64,000 bases of DNA from an uncultured Bacteroides sp. (GCA_964554265.1 CAZKOB010000002.1:386-64385), one strand, 5' to 3'; numbered from the stretch's first letter, positions 1 to 9,472 are shown. Translations and numbers: made by a program. The notes: generated from the letters alone by a model not told the origin.

Positions 1-490
1 ATTTTACCCCGAAAAACGGACGTTCTCAAACTCGTTCACCTTGAAAATAAATTTTGTTCACCTTGAAAAATTTTTTACAAGGCACTTTAAAACCATTTTC
101 AAGGTGAACAAAATTTATTTTCAGCGTACTCTTTTTTCAGGCAAATCATACGCAAATGTGAATAAATGTATCTTTTCGGAACAAAAATTATACTATTTTT
201 ACATTTTGGTTCCAAGGCCTGAAAATGACCTTAGAATCGCGTAAATGGAACTTCGACAAGGTTTGGCCGATTTTATGCGATTCTGCGATCCTTGAATTTT
301 AACATTTCAAATTGTCAAAAAAAACACATAATTCATGACAAATTGATGGTATATCCAAGCTGATTTGTGAGTCCAATGCCCATGAAAAGGCATCAAAGAA
401 AACGCGAGAATCTTCGATGAGAATGTTTTGGTGACACGATGACGAAGTCAGGAAAAAAGGGATGGTGTTGGAGCGTATAAAACTGAATAT
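1..490 (+). repeat. Interspersed noncoding repeat, copy A. Only the right-hand part is present; the left part lies outside the window.
   Basis: Aligns block for block with eight other copies. Shared blocks include ccgaaaaacggacg, gttcaccttgaaaat, aatgtgaataaatgtatcttttc, cagaatcgcg...gcgattct and ggtgacacgatgacgaagtcagg (431-452). A degenerate right terminal motif aaaactgaatat lies near 480-490. Confidence 0.9.
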
Positions 491-524
491 TTGTGGAGTG
501 CTGTATGAATGGGTGAACAAAGTT

Positions 525-570
525 AAAGTCAGGAATCGGCTTGGTGTAAGTATTCCCGATTCCTGACTTT
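525..570. terminator. Hairpin between repeat copy A and the 3' end of thrC; candidate bidirectional terminator
   Basis: The 15-bp arms aaagtcaggaatcgg (525-539) and ccgattcctgacttt (556-570) are perfectly complementary. The plus strand continues with the T-rich run cttcttttt, and there is an A-rich run on the other side. Confidence 0.65.
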
Positions 571-598
571 AGGCTTCTTTTTGTTGTGGTATATGTCT

Positions 599-1900
599 TT
601 ATCTGCTCATAAGATAAGCTTTGAAGTCGGCAAACTCTTTGCTCATTTCGACACTTTGCTTTGTGCCCTGCATGAATGCGGCGAGTTTTGCAGGAATCTC
701 TACTTCTGAGCCTATAATCTTTTCCACTGTATCGCGGAATTTCGCAGGGTGTGCGGTTTCAAGGAACACACCGACCTCGTCTTCGCGCAGACCTTCTTCC
801 AATGCGCGGTAACCGCATGCACCGTGAGGATCGCACAAGTATCCTGTAGCCTCATATACATTGCTTATCGTATCGGCAATCTGGCTGTCTGTGTATGTTG
901 CGCCGCTGACGTCCTCGCATACGGCTTCATGGCTTCCTTTGTACAAATCGTATATGCGGGCGAAATTGCTCGGGTCGCCGACGTCCATTGCGTTTGCGAT
1001 AGTCTGTACCGACGGACGAGGACTGTATTGTCCGGTTTGCAGATATTTATAGAATATGTCGTTGGCATTGTTTGATGCGATGAACCGTTTCACTGGAAGT
1101 CCCATCTTCTTGCCGAACAGGCCGGATGTGATGTTGCCGAAATTGCCGGAAGGTACGCAGATGACGAGTTGGTCGGCAAGCCCCTTCTTTTTCATCTGTG
1201 CGTATGCATGGAAATAGTAGAAAGCCTGCGGAAGGAATCTTGCCACATTGATGGAGTTCGCCGAAGTAAGTTTCATGTGGCGATTCAGTTCTTCATCCAT
1301 GAATGCTGATTTCACCAGCGCTTGGCAGTCATCGAACACACCGTCTATTTCTAAGGCTGTGATGTTTTGTCCGAGTGTGGTAAACTGGCATTCTTGTATA
1401 GGGCTTACCTTGCCTTTCGGGTAAAGTACATATACGTGTATGCCGTCGACACCGAGGAAACCGTTGGCAACAGCTGAACCGGTGTCGCCTGATGTTGCCA
1501 CCAGCACATTGACTTGCTCGTTGCCTTCCTGCTTGATGAAGTACCCGAGCAGACGTGCCATGAATCGCGCGCCTACATCCTTGAACGCAAGAGTCGGTCC
1601 ATGAAAAAGTTCAAGGCTGTAGATGTTGTCTTTCACCTTTACCACCGGACAGTCGAATGCCAGCGTGTCGTAGACAATCTGCTTGAGTGTGTCCGCCGGA
1701 ACGTCTTCACCGAAGAATGCGTCTGCTACAGTGTATGCAATTTCCTGGAATGTCATGTTTTCGATATTGTCGAAAAACTCCTTTGGAAGCGCTTTGATTA
1801 CTTCCGGCATATACAGTCCCTTGTCTTCTGCCAGCCCTTTCACTACAGCTTTGTGTAGGTCGGCAACAGGAGCTTTTGAGTTCGTACTGTAAAATTTCAT
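599..1900 (-). CDS. thrC: Threonine synthase
   Basis: 433-aa ORF with clear threonine synthase character, including the PLP-lysine context HGPTLAFKD. It is the last gene of a thrA / PGM-like / thrC operon. Confidence 0.93.
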   Translation of the reverse strand: MKFYSTNSKAPVADLHKAVVKGLAEDKGLYMPEVIKALPKEFFDNIENMTFQEIAYTVADAFFGEDVPADTLKQIVYDTLAFDCPVVKVKDNIYSLELFHGPTLAFKDVGARFMARLLGYFIKQEGNEQVNVLVATSGDTGSAVANGFLGVDGIHVYVLYPKGKVSPIQECQFTTLGQNITALEIDGVFDDCQALVKSAFMDEELNRHMKLTSANSINVARFLPQAFYYFHAYAQMKKKGLADQLVICVPSGNFGNITSGLFGKKMGLPVKRFIASNNANDIFYKYLQTGQYSPRPSVQTIANAMDVGDPSNFARIYDLYKGSHEAVCEDVSGATYTDSQIADTISNVYEATGYLCDPHGACGYRALEEGLREDEVGVFLETAHPAKFRDTVEKIIGSEVEIPAKLAAFMQGTKQSVEMSKEFADFKAYLMSR

Positions 1901-1913
1901 ATCTTGTGTTATG

Positions 1914-3185
1914 TTAGTTTAATTCCATAAAAGCCTTCATAAATTCATCTTTCTTCAGATAGCCGTATCCGCCCTTTTGGCATGACTCTTCATCAAAAGT
2001 CTCCACTTCGTCCTGTTGTATGCCGGGACAATAGATAAGGAAAGGTACAGGCTCGTTGGTGTGTGTGCGTAGTTTTATGGGCGTCGGATGGTCTGGCAGG
2101 ACAGCAATGGCTATAGGCTCTGTGCTGACTTTGGATGCATCGCCGTCATTGTTCCGCATTTCCTCTTCCCATGCCTTGTTCACAGACTCTACATATTGCC
2201 ATATAGGACGTATGGCGCGATGGTCAAGGTTCTCTATCGTCTGAATCTTCAAGTCAAGTTTGCCGTCGTGTCCCGCTTCGTCGCTTGCTTCGATGTGCAG
2301 GTAAACGAAGTCGTCGGTCTTCAGAGCCTCGATAGCTGCTTGAGCTTTGCCTTCGTAATTGGTGTCGGCAAGTCCGGTTGCACCTTCAACGTCGACGCAT
2401 CTGAGTCCTGCATAATGTCCGATGCCTCGTATCAGGTCTACGGCTGTGATGACAGCGCCTCGTTTGATTTGAGGATAAGTCTCTGTCAGCGGAACCATGT
2501 CCGGACGGTATCCGCCGGCCCAGGGCCAGATGCTGTTGGCTGGGTCTTTCCCTTCTTTTATGCGCTGTTTGTTGAACGGATGTTCGGCCAGTAACAGCTG
2601 CGATTTCAGAATGAGTTCGTTGATGAGTTTGGCTGTATCTTCTGCTTCTGGCACTTCCGCTCTGACGAGCAGCGGTTGCCACGGTTGTCCGGGTACATCA
2701 TGAGGAGGGGTGCATGCCAGCCGCTTGTCGCCGCCTTTGATGACCAGCAGGTGGCGGTATTGCACGCCTGTATAGAAGTGTATGCGCTCATTGCCCAGAT
2801 GTTCTTGCAAATACTTGATAAGTATGTCGCCTTCTTCTGTCTTAAGATGTCCGGCGGAATGATTCTTGATACATCCGTTCTCGATACAAATCAGGTTGCA
2901 GCGTATGGCCATGTCGTCCGGTTCCAGTTCCACACCTATGCTTGCTGCCTCCAGTGGGCCTCGCCCTTCGTAGACGTGTGTCTGGTCATATCCGAGAATC
3001 GAGGAATTTGCCACTTCACTGCCCGGATGAAATCCTTCCGGAATGGTAGACAGCATGCCCGTTCTTCCCTTTTTTGCCAGCAGATTCATGTATGGAGTGT
3101 CTGCATACTGTAGCAATGTCTTGTTGCCGAGACTCTCGACCTTCCAGTCTGCCATCCCGTCGCCAAGTATGATTATGTGTTTCAT
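1914..3185 (-). CDS. Cofactor-independent phosphoglycerate mutase-family protein (archaeal ApgM-like), embedded in the thr operon
   Basis: 423-aa ORF with metalloenzyme-superfamily motifs: ILGDGMAD at the N-terminus and HIEASDEAGHDG. It lies 13 nt upstream of thrC and about 110 nt downstream of thrA. Confidence 0.85.
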   Translation of the reverse strand: MKHIIILGDGMADWKVESLGNKTLLQYADTPYMNLLAKKGRTGMLSTIPEGFHPGSEVANSSILGYDQTHVYEGRGPLEAASIGVELEPDDMAIRCNLICIENGCIKNHSAGHLKTEEGDILIKYLQEHLGNERIHFYTGVQYRHLLVIKGGDKRLACTPPHDVPGQPWQPLLVRAEVPEAEDTAKLINELILKSQLLLAEHPFNKQRIKEGKDPANSIWPWAGGYRPDMVPLTETYPQIKRGAVITAVDLIRGIGHYAGLRCVDVEGATGLADTNYEGKAQAAIEALKTDDFVYLHIEASDEAGHDGKLDLKIQTIENLDHRAIRPIWQYVESVNKAWEEEMRNNDGDASKVSTEPIAIAVLPDHPTPIKLRTHTNEPVPFLIYCPGIQQDEVETFDEESCQKGGYGYLKKDEFMKAFMELN

Positions 3186-3296
3186 CTTTACATACGTTTT
3201 ATAAGGAACGTAGAACCGACATCCGAAAACCGGTGTGCAGGTTTTCGGTTCCTTCCGGCCGGTTCCGGTCCTTGTTCTCTTTGACTTGCTGTTTAT

Positions 3297-5735
3297 TTAG
3301 ATGTTTGCGATACTCATGATGTCGGCAAAAACTCCGGCTGCCGTAACACTTGCACCGGCACCGTATCCTTGTATGAGCATAGGATACTCATGATAACGCT
3401 CTGTCGTGATGAGGATGATGTTGTTGCTTCCTTCAAGATCGTAGAAAGGATGGTGCTCATTCACTTCTTCCAGCGATACGGTGGCCTCTCCTGCATCGAG
3501 TTTGGCCACGAACCTCCAATGCTTGTTTTCTGCTTCAAGCACTTTGCGTCGTGCCTCAAAGCTGCTGTCGAGTTCCGGCAGTTTCTTCCAGAAGTCGTCC
3601 AATGAGCCTGCAAGCAGAGCATTCGGGATAAACAGATTCTTCTTCACGTCTTCCTGTTCTATTTTGTATCCTGCCTCGCGCGAAAGGATGACAAGTTTTC
3701 TTATCACATCTTTTCCGCTGAGGTCGATGCGTGGGTCCGGTTCAGAATATCCCTCTTCCTTGGCAAGACGTACCGTCTGGCTGAATGGAATTTCTGCGCT
3801 TATGGTATTGAATATGAAGTTGAGTGTTCCGCTCAATACGGCTTCCAGCTTTAAGATGCGGTCGCCGCTGTTCTTGAGGTCATTGATGGTGTTGATGATG
3901 GGCAGTCCTGCACCGACGTTTGTCTCAAACAGGAACTTTACTCCTCTTTTGCGTGCGGTGTCCTTGAGTCTGGCATAATTCTTGTATTCCGACGAGGCTG
4001 CCACTTTGTTCGCTGCCACTACGGATATGTTATGCTCAAAGAAGTCGCCATACAGCGCTGCCACTTCTGCACTTGCCGTACAGTCGACAAACACGGAGTT
4101 GAAGATGTTCATCCCTATCACCTCGTTCCTGAGTCTTTCGATATTGCTTGCTTCACTCTGTTTCAACTGTTCGCGATAGTTGGAGAGGTTGAGTCCCTCT
4201 CTGTTGAACATGGCATTGTGTCCGCTGGCTATCCCCACCACATTGAGCTGCAGTCCGCGTTCTTTTTTCAGTTTCTCACGCTGTCCTGCTATCTGGTCTA
4301 TCAAACTGCTGCCTACCGTTCCTACACCGCAGATAAAAAGGTTCAGCACTTGATATTCGGAGAGAAAAAAACTGTCGTGGATGACATTCAGGGTCTTTCT
4401 CAGAGATTTGCTTTCGACGACAAACGATATGTTGGTTTCCGAGGCGCCCTGTGCACAAGCTATGACGCTTATGCCGCTGCGTCCCAGTGTGCCGAACAGT
4501 TTGCCGGCTATGCCCGGAGTGTGCTTCATATTTTCACCTACCACTGCCACTGTGGCGAGGTTGCTTTCAAGCTTCATCCTGTACATGGCGCCCATCTCTA
4601 TCTCCTTGGCGAACTCTTTGTTCAGCACCTCGCAGGCCTGTTCTGCGTCTTCATTGCGCACACCGATGGAAGTGCTGTTCTCCGAGGATGCCTGGCTTAC
4701 CATGAATACGCTTATTCCGCAGTCTGCCAAGGCCGAGAATATGCGGCGGTTTACACCGATAACCCCGACCATCGACAAGCCGGAAACAGTGATGAGGCTG
4801 GTGTTGTTGATGGACGAGATGCCCTTGATGGCTCTGCTCTCGTCTCCGCATTCCTGTTGTATGATGCTTCCTTTTGCCTCCGGATGGAACGTGTTCTTTA
4901 TCAATATCGGTATGTTCTTCACGCATACGGGATATATTGTAGGCGGATACACCACCTTTGCGCCGAAGTTGCAAAGTTCCATCGCCTCCACGTAGGAAAG
5001 TCGGTCGATGGTGTATGCCGTGTTTATCACTCTCGGGTCGGCTGTCATGAATCCGTCCACATCGGTCCATATTTCAAGCACGTCTGCATCAAGGGCGGCA
5101 GCGATGATGCTTGCCGTGTAGTCGGAGCCGCCGCGTCCGAGATTGGTAATCTCTCCGCTCTGCATGTCCGTGGATATGAATCCGGGTACAAGCGCAACTT
5201 TCACGTCCTTGCCGAAATCCTTGAAAGCTCCGCATACAAGCGAATTGGTCAGTTCTGAATTGAGGAAATTGCTGCGCTGTTTCTTCTCCGTCTTGATGAA
5301 GGACAGGGAATCGAACCATTGGGCGCCTTCTATCAGAGATGCGACGATATTTGATGATATGCGTTCTCCATAACTGACGATAGCATTGGAGGTCTTTTCT
5401 GACAGGTCTCGAATCAGGTATACTCCTTGATAAATGCTCTTTAGGTCTGCAAGCAGCTTGTCTACGGTTGTGAGCAGAGCATTCTTCTTTGCCGGGTCGG
5501 GGATGATGGCGTCAATTATCTGGTGATGACGTTCTACCATCTCTGCATAGGCATTGAGGTACGAAGTGTCGCCCGACTGGGCCAGCTTCGATGTGCCGAT
5601 CAGCTTGTCGGTGATACCTCCGAGTGCGGAAACTACAACTACCACTGGTTCCTCGGCTGCCTCGACAATCTTCTTGACATTGAGAATACTCTCTACGGAA
5701 CCTACGGATGTTCCGCCAAACTTTAATACTTTCAT
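3297..5735 (-). CDS. thrA: Bifunctional aspartokinase / homoserine dehydrogenase
   Basis: Aspartokinase N-terminus KVLKFGGTSVG, a central ACT-like region, and a C-terminal homoserine dehydrogenase with a GVGTVG dinucleotide loop. The ORF opens at 5786, but the ATG at 5735 (MKVLKFGG) fits the family N-terminus. Confidence 0.93.
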   Translation of the reverse strand: MKVLKFGGTSVGSVESILNVKKIVEAAEEPVVVVVSALGGITDKLIGTSKLAQSGDTSYLNAYAEMVERHHQIIDAIIPDPAKKNALLTTVDKLLADLKSIYQGVYLIRDLSEKTSNAIVSYGERISSNIVASLIEGAQWFDSLSFIKTEKKQRSNFLNSELTNSLVCGAFKDFGKDVKVALVPGFISTDMQSGEITNLGRGGSDYTASIIAAALDADVLEIWTDVDGFMTADPRVINTAYTIDRLSYVEAMELCNFGAKVVYPPTIYPVCVKNIPILIKNTFHPEAKGSIIQQECGDESRAIKGISSINNTSLITVSGLSMVGVIGVNRRIFSALADCGISVFMVSQASSENSTSIGVRNEDAEQACEVLNKEFAKEIEMGAMYRMKLESNLATVAVVGENMKHTPGIAGKLFGTLGRSGISVIACAQGASETNISFVVESKSLRKTLNVIHDSFFLSEYQVLNLFICGVGTVGSSLIDQIAGQREKLKKERGLQLNVVGIASGHNAMFNREGLNLSNYREQLKQSEASNIERLRNEVIGMNIFNSVFVDCTASAEVAALYGDFFEHNISVVAANKVAASSEYKNYARLKDTARKRGVKFLFETNVGAGLPIINTINDLKNSGDRILKLEAVLSGTLNFIFNTISAEIPFSQTVRLAKEEGYSEPDPRIDLSGKDVIRKLVILSREAGYKIEQEDVKKNLFIPNALLAGSLDDFWKKLPELDSSFEARRKVLEAENKHWRFVAKLDAGEATVSLEEVNEHHPFYDLEGSNNIILITTERYHEYPMLIQGYGAGASVTAAGVFADIMSIANI

Positions 5736-6117
5736 TGCGCTGGTTTGTTTTTTTTGTGTTTTGCCTGTCACAGGATATGCAGACATATCCGTACAGCTTC
5801 CCCCCCTACAGGGTTTGTATTTTTTTTGTAAATAAAAATCCGGATTCTGCCGGCTAACTCATGACCTTGTTAGCCGTTGGTTAGGAATCATGAATATATA
5901 CACCATCTGCTCAACCCCTAAGGGTCATGCCCTTGGCTGCTGTTGTCTCCGTACAAGTCCAAATACGGCTGAAGTCGGTATGAAGTGTATATATGTTCAT
6001 TTGTATGATAGCAAATTTCTTAAAATCGCTGCAAATTTAGAACTTTTTGAAGAATAAACAAACGAAATATGACTTTTTTAGATGCAGAAATACGGAGGTT
6101 TGGTAATCACAGTGTTA

Positions 6118-8121
6118 CTAAGCCGGGTCTACGTCGTAGTGGATGTTCAGTCCGTTGGCCGAAGGTTGCTTCAGTGTCTGTTCTTTTATGGCACGCAGTA
6201 TGGACCGCACCTTGCTGACGGAGGCGCCGGATTCAATCTTGATGACTATTTTCCGGATGAACAGCGACTGCACGCGGCTTACCGGAGGGCGGTCAGGGCC
6301 TAATATGCGGTCGCCGAATGCTGATCTGAGCATCGAGGCCATCGACTGCGAGAGGGTCTCCAACGTGTCGTTGTTCTTGTGGCGCAGGTATGCATAGATG
6401 AGGCGGTGGAACGGAGGGTAACGGAATAAGCTGCGTTCTTGCATTTGTGATGTGTACATGGCTGTGTAGTCGTTGCTGACCACCTGAGCGATAATGTCGC
6501 TTTCGGCGCTCCGTGTCTGCAAAACTACCTTGCCTTTGTGGTGTTTCCTGCCGGCGCGTCCGGCCACCTGCGACAGTATGTGGAATGTGCGTTCGTAGCT
6601 GCGGAAGTCCGGCTGGTTGAGCATGGTGTCGGCATCGAGAATGCCCACCACACTGACGTTGTCGAAGTCCAGTCCTTTTGACACCATTTGAGTGCCGATG
6701 AGGATGTCGCTCTTGTGTGCGGCAAAGTCGCCGATGATGCGTTCGTATGCTGTGCGTGTGCGCGCCGTGTCGAGGTCGAGACGCAAAATGCTTGCGTCCG
6801 GAAACAGGTCCTTTATCTGGTCTTCTACACGCTCTGTCCCTACGCCGACAGCTGAAAAATCTGCCTCTTCGCAGTTGGGGCATTTGGGGGGCAGGGTATA
6901 GGTGTGGCCGCAATAATGGCATGAAAGCATCCCCGTGCCCTTGTGGTAGGTGAGGCTTACATCGCAGTGCTCGCAGCGCGGAACCCATCCGCATGTGTGG
7001 CATTCTATGAATGGGGAGTATCCGCGCCGGTTCTGAAACAGAATCACTTGTTCGTGCTTGCCGAGGGCTTCTTCTATGGCATCGACAAGTGTCTGTGAGA
7101 ATGCGCCCTTCATCCGCTTCTGGTGTCTCAGCCGCTTGATGTCTACAACGTTGATTTCCGGCAGCTGTATGTCGTTGTATCTTTGTGTGAGCCGTACATA
7201 ACCGTAACGTCCGTTCTGTGCGTTGTGGTAAGTCTCGATGCTTGGAGTGGCAGTGCCGAGAAGTGTCTTTGCCCCATATTGGCGCGCGAGCATGATAGCC
7301 GCACTGCGTGCGTGGTAACGCGGTGCCGGGTCTTGCTGCTTGTACGATGTCTCGTGTTCTTCGTCCACAATTACAAGACCAAGATTCTTGAAAGGGAGGA
7401 ATACGGACGAACGCACCCCGAGGATGAGGCTGTAGGGGGTGTCGGAAAGCTGGCGGCTGTATACCTCCACACGTGCGCCGTCGGCAAATTTTGAATGGTA
7501 TACTCCGAGTTTGTCACCGAACACTTTCCGCAGCCGCTCCGTTATCTGGGTGGTGAGCGCAATTTCCGGAAGCAGGTACAACACTTGTTTCCCTTCTTCT
7601 ATGTATTTGTTGATAAGATGTATGTACACTTCCGTCTTTCCGCTCGACGTCACTCCGTGAAGCAGAGCGATGTCTTTTTCTGCAAAACACCGTCTTATCT
7701 CGTCGAAAGCCGTGAGTTGTGCTGCGTTCAGCACATTCTTCAAACCCTCCGCCTCCGGACGTATGCTTTCCGCCTTTCTTTTCCTGACACCCTCTTTCTT
7801 TTGAGGTGTTTTCATGCCGGCTGGCATGGCTGCGTTGTAGACATCTCCGAGAGGACAGATATAGTAATCGGACACCCATTTCCAGAATGCCAGTTGCCGG
7901 TCGCTGACTATCGGCGTGGCATCTGTAGTCTCGCAGATGTCTTTGGTGGAAATTCCCGTGGGGGCCTGGTCGTGTACACGGAGCACGATGCCTGTATACA
8001 GCTTTTTCTTCCCGAACGGTACAACCACTCTGCACCCTCTCCTTACTGTGTTTTCCATTTCTTTTGGGATGGAATAGGTGAAGTTTTCAAACGGAATGGG
8101 GAGTATTATATCTGCGTACAT
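6118..8121 (-). CDS. priA: Primosomal replication restart helicase PriA
   Basis: Walker A GVTSSGKTEVY, a DEEH box (VIVDEEHE), and a cysteine-rich zinc module (CHTCGW..CEHCD..CHYCGH..CPNC). The ORF opens at 8169; the ATG at 8121 (MYADIILPIP) fits the family N-terminus. Confidence 0.93.
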   Translation of the reverse strand: MYADIILPIPFENFTYSIPKEMENTVRRGCRVVVPFGKKKLYTGIVLRVHDQAPTGISTKDICETTDATPIVSDRQLAFWKWVSDYYICPLGDVYNAAMPAGMKTPQKKEGVRKRKAESIRPEAEGLKNVLNAAQLTAFDEIRRCFAEKDIALLHGVTSSGKTEVYIHLINKYIEEGKQVLYLLPEIALTTQITERLRKVFGDKLGVYHSKFADGARVEVYSRQLSDTPYSLILGVRSSVFLPFKNLGLVIVDEEHETSYKQQDPAPRYHARSAAIMLARQYGAKTLLGTATPSIETYHNAQNGRYGYVRLTQRYNDIQLPEINVVDIKRLRHQKRMKGAFSQTLVDAIEEALGKHEQVILFQNRRGYSPFIECHTCGWVPRCEHCDVSLTYHKGTGMLSCHYCGHTYTLPPKCPNCEEADFSAVGVGTERVEDQIKDLFPDASILRLDLDTARTRTAYERIIGDFAAHKSDILIGTQMVSKGLDFDNVSVVGILDADTMLNQPDFRSYERTFHILSQVAGRAGRKHHKGKVVLQTRSAESDIIAQVVSNDYTAMYTSQMQERSLFRYPPFHRLIYAYLRHKNNDTLETLSQSMASMLRSAFGDRILGPDRPPVSRVQSLFIRKIVIKIESGASVSKVRSILRAIKEQTLKQPSANGLNIHYDVDPA

Positions 8122-8319
8122 CTTGGTATTTCCTTTTTGTAATCGGTTGTTCGTTGATTGGGAATGCAAAGATAAGCGTTTTTATTGTCCGTGCGTCATT
8201 TTCGGCATGGAGTTCGTGAAAAAGAATTCTGTGAGATTTCTGTCTCATCGGTTTTCTGGCCGCCTTTTGCTTTTTCGGTAGATGTCAAGTTCCGTCAAGC
8301 GGTTTGGGGACTGGCGGAT

Positions 8320-8756
8320 TTAAGGTGGTGTATTCGCAGGGGTTTCTCGTGGATTTTGATGGGCTTTAAACTGATGTATCCACGAGAAGAGTCTGTGAGT
8401 ACACAAGCAAAGGCAACTGTCTTTCTTATGAGCGTTTCTTCTTTCTTTTTGACACAAAATCCACCCGTTGCAGACAGAACCTTATTAACACAATTAAGAT
8501 TCGTTTACATTCTTCGGATTGCCAAGTTTTTAAATATTTATTGATAAGTAATTAATAATCAATAAGATACTATTTTGATAAAACTATGCGGTTTTAGATG
8601 CAAGAAGTACAGGTTGGAACAAAAATAGGATATGCTGATAATCAGTAAGTTATAAAAATTCTTGTCCAAGATTTCTGTTTTCCGCCACCAAAACCTATCT
8701 TTGTTTTTCGTGACATTGAAAAATCCGATTTCAGTTTTTTTAAGAAATTCATTTGG
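8320..8756 (+). repeat. Interspersed repeat, copy B. Only the left-hand part is present, and it breaks off abruptly at about 8756.
   Basis: Contains ttcttctttctttttgacac (8438-8455), ttattaacacaattaagattcgtttacat, tgataatcaataag, agatgcaagaagtacaggttgg, aaaataggatatgctgataatcag and ctatctttgtttttcgtgacattgaaaaatc. Homology to other copies stops after taagaaattcatttg. The left boundary is approximate. Confidence 0.85.
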
Positions 8757-9472
8757 ACAATACTGAGCAGCGACAGCTCCATCTGCAGCACCTCGCTCTT
8801 GGTGGTGGTGCCCAGGGCGAGGCGTCGCTGAGCCATCTGGTGCAGCGACTCGCGGTCGGATAGTGTCGAGACGCTCTGCCTGTAGTCGGACTGCGCCGAG
8901 AGCACTCCGAAGAACAGCGACGTGGTGTGTATGGCGATGTCCTGCATGGATGCCATGTATGCCCGCTGCGCCACTTCATACTCTATGGGTGCCGTCTTCT
9001 TCTCCCACTTCAGCGCGTTGAATGCCCTCAACGGCTGGGTGTAGCTGATGCGCATGGGCTGCGAATTGTAGGTCCTCTCCTTGTAGGTGAACTGCTCGAG
9101 TCGATACAGATACGACTGAAGAGAAACTGTACCTCCAGTTGCTGCTATCTTCTGATCCACCGACAGGGTGAGGCTGTTGGAGAGCGAATTGTTGTTTACA
9201 TACGCCACCTTGCCATCCTCGTAGTTGCGCGCCTCCACTATGGAGTGGTCGAAGTTCATCAGCCCGCCACTGAGGTTGATTGATGGTAGCAACTCAGCTT
9301 TGAATGACCGATAAGTCCAGTAGCTTGCCATGAAAGAGTAGCGTGCTAGTGACGCATCGTATGAATTCTGTTGGGCAATGCGAATGGCATTTGCTAATGA
9401 TAATTCTTGCGCTTCGGCATAACCTATAGATGTCACTAAGGAGATTATTGCAATGAAATACTTCATAATCAT
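8757..9472 (-). pseudogene. TolC-family outer membrane efflux protein; 5' fragment only
   Basis: Signal peptide MIMKYFIAIISLVTSIGYAEAQ, followed by about 238 aa of TolC-like sequence (ELSLANAIRIAQQNS..., ..RRLALGTTTKSEVLQMELSLL). The reading frame then runs into repeat copy B, adding about 38 unrelated residues before a stop at 8642. Family members are usually well over 400 aa. Confidence 0.8.

Noticed and set aside
31-130. The repeated gttcaccttgaaaat units, considered as a CRISPR-like array
   Set aside because: Each element has only three short units with irregular spacing (about 22 and 44 nt). One unit is inverted in most copies. The whole block is itself part of a dispersed repeat, and there are no cas genes. 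It is not a CRISPR array.
41-244. Small ORFs of 67-85 aa inside the interspersed repeat (41-244, 14938-15159, 25561-25764, 43711-43968, 57854-58057), e.g. MKINFVHLEKFFTRHFKTIF...
   Set aside because: They mostly begin at non-ATG codons and lack a consistent start. Copy D has an in-frame stop (ggc aaa gca taa), and copies D, G and I have no ORF of 60 aa or more. Differences between copies are largely non-synonymous, and the low-complexity sequence follows from AT-rich repeats. They are treated as noncoding.
4032-5258. Long ORFs antisense to well-supported genes (4032-5258, 16536-17522, 19404-20333, 22276-23211, 33248-34261, 34740-35585, 38608-39417, 47452-48375, 58722-59567, 61932-62765, among others)
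   Set aside because: Each lies entirely within, and opposite to, a gene with strong family motifs. Their translations are low-complexity or Arg/His/Cys-rich with no recognisable motifs. They are shadow ORFs.
5736-5786. N-terminal extensions of thrA (to 5786), priA (to 8169), the LysO-like gene (to 23393), the beta-barrel protein (to 24705), rsmH (from 26532), ftsI (from 28077) and ftsW (from 34540)
   Set aside because: In each case an internal ATG reproduces the conserved family N-terminus or a proper signal peptide, and the upstream residues are atypical. The shorter models are preferred, although the true starts cannot be proven from sequence alone.
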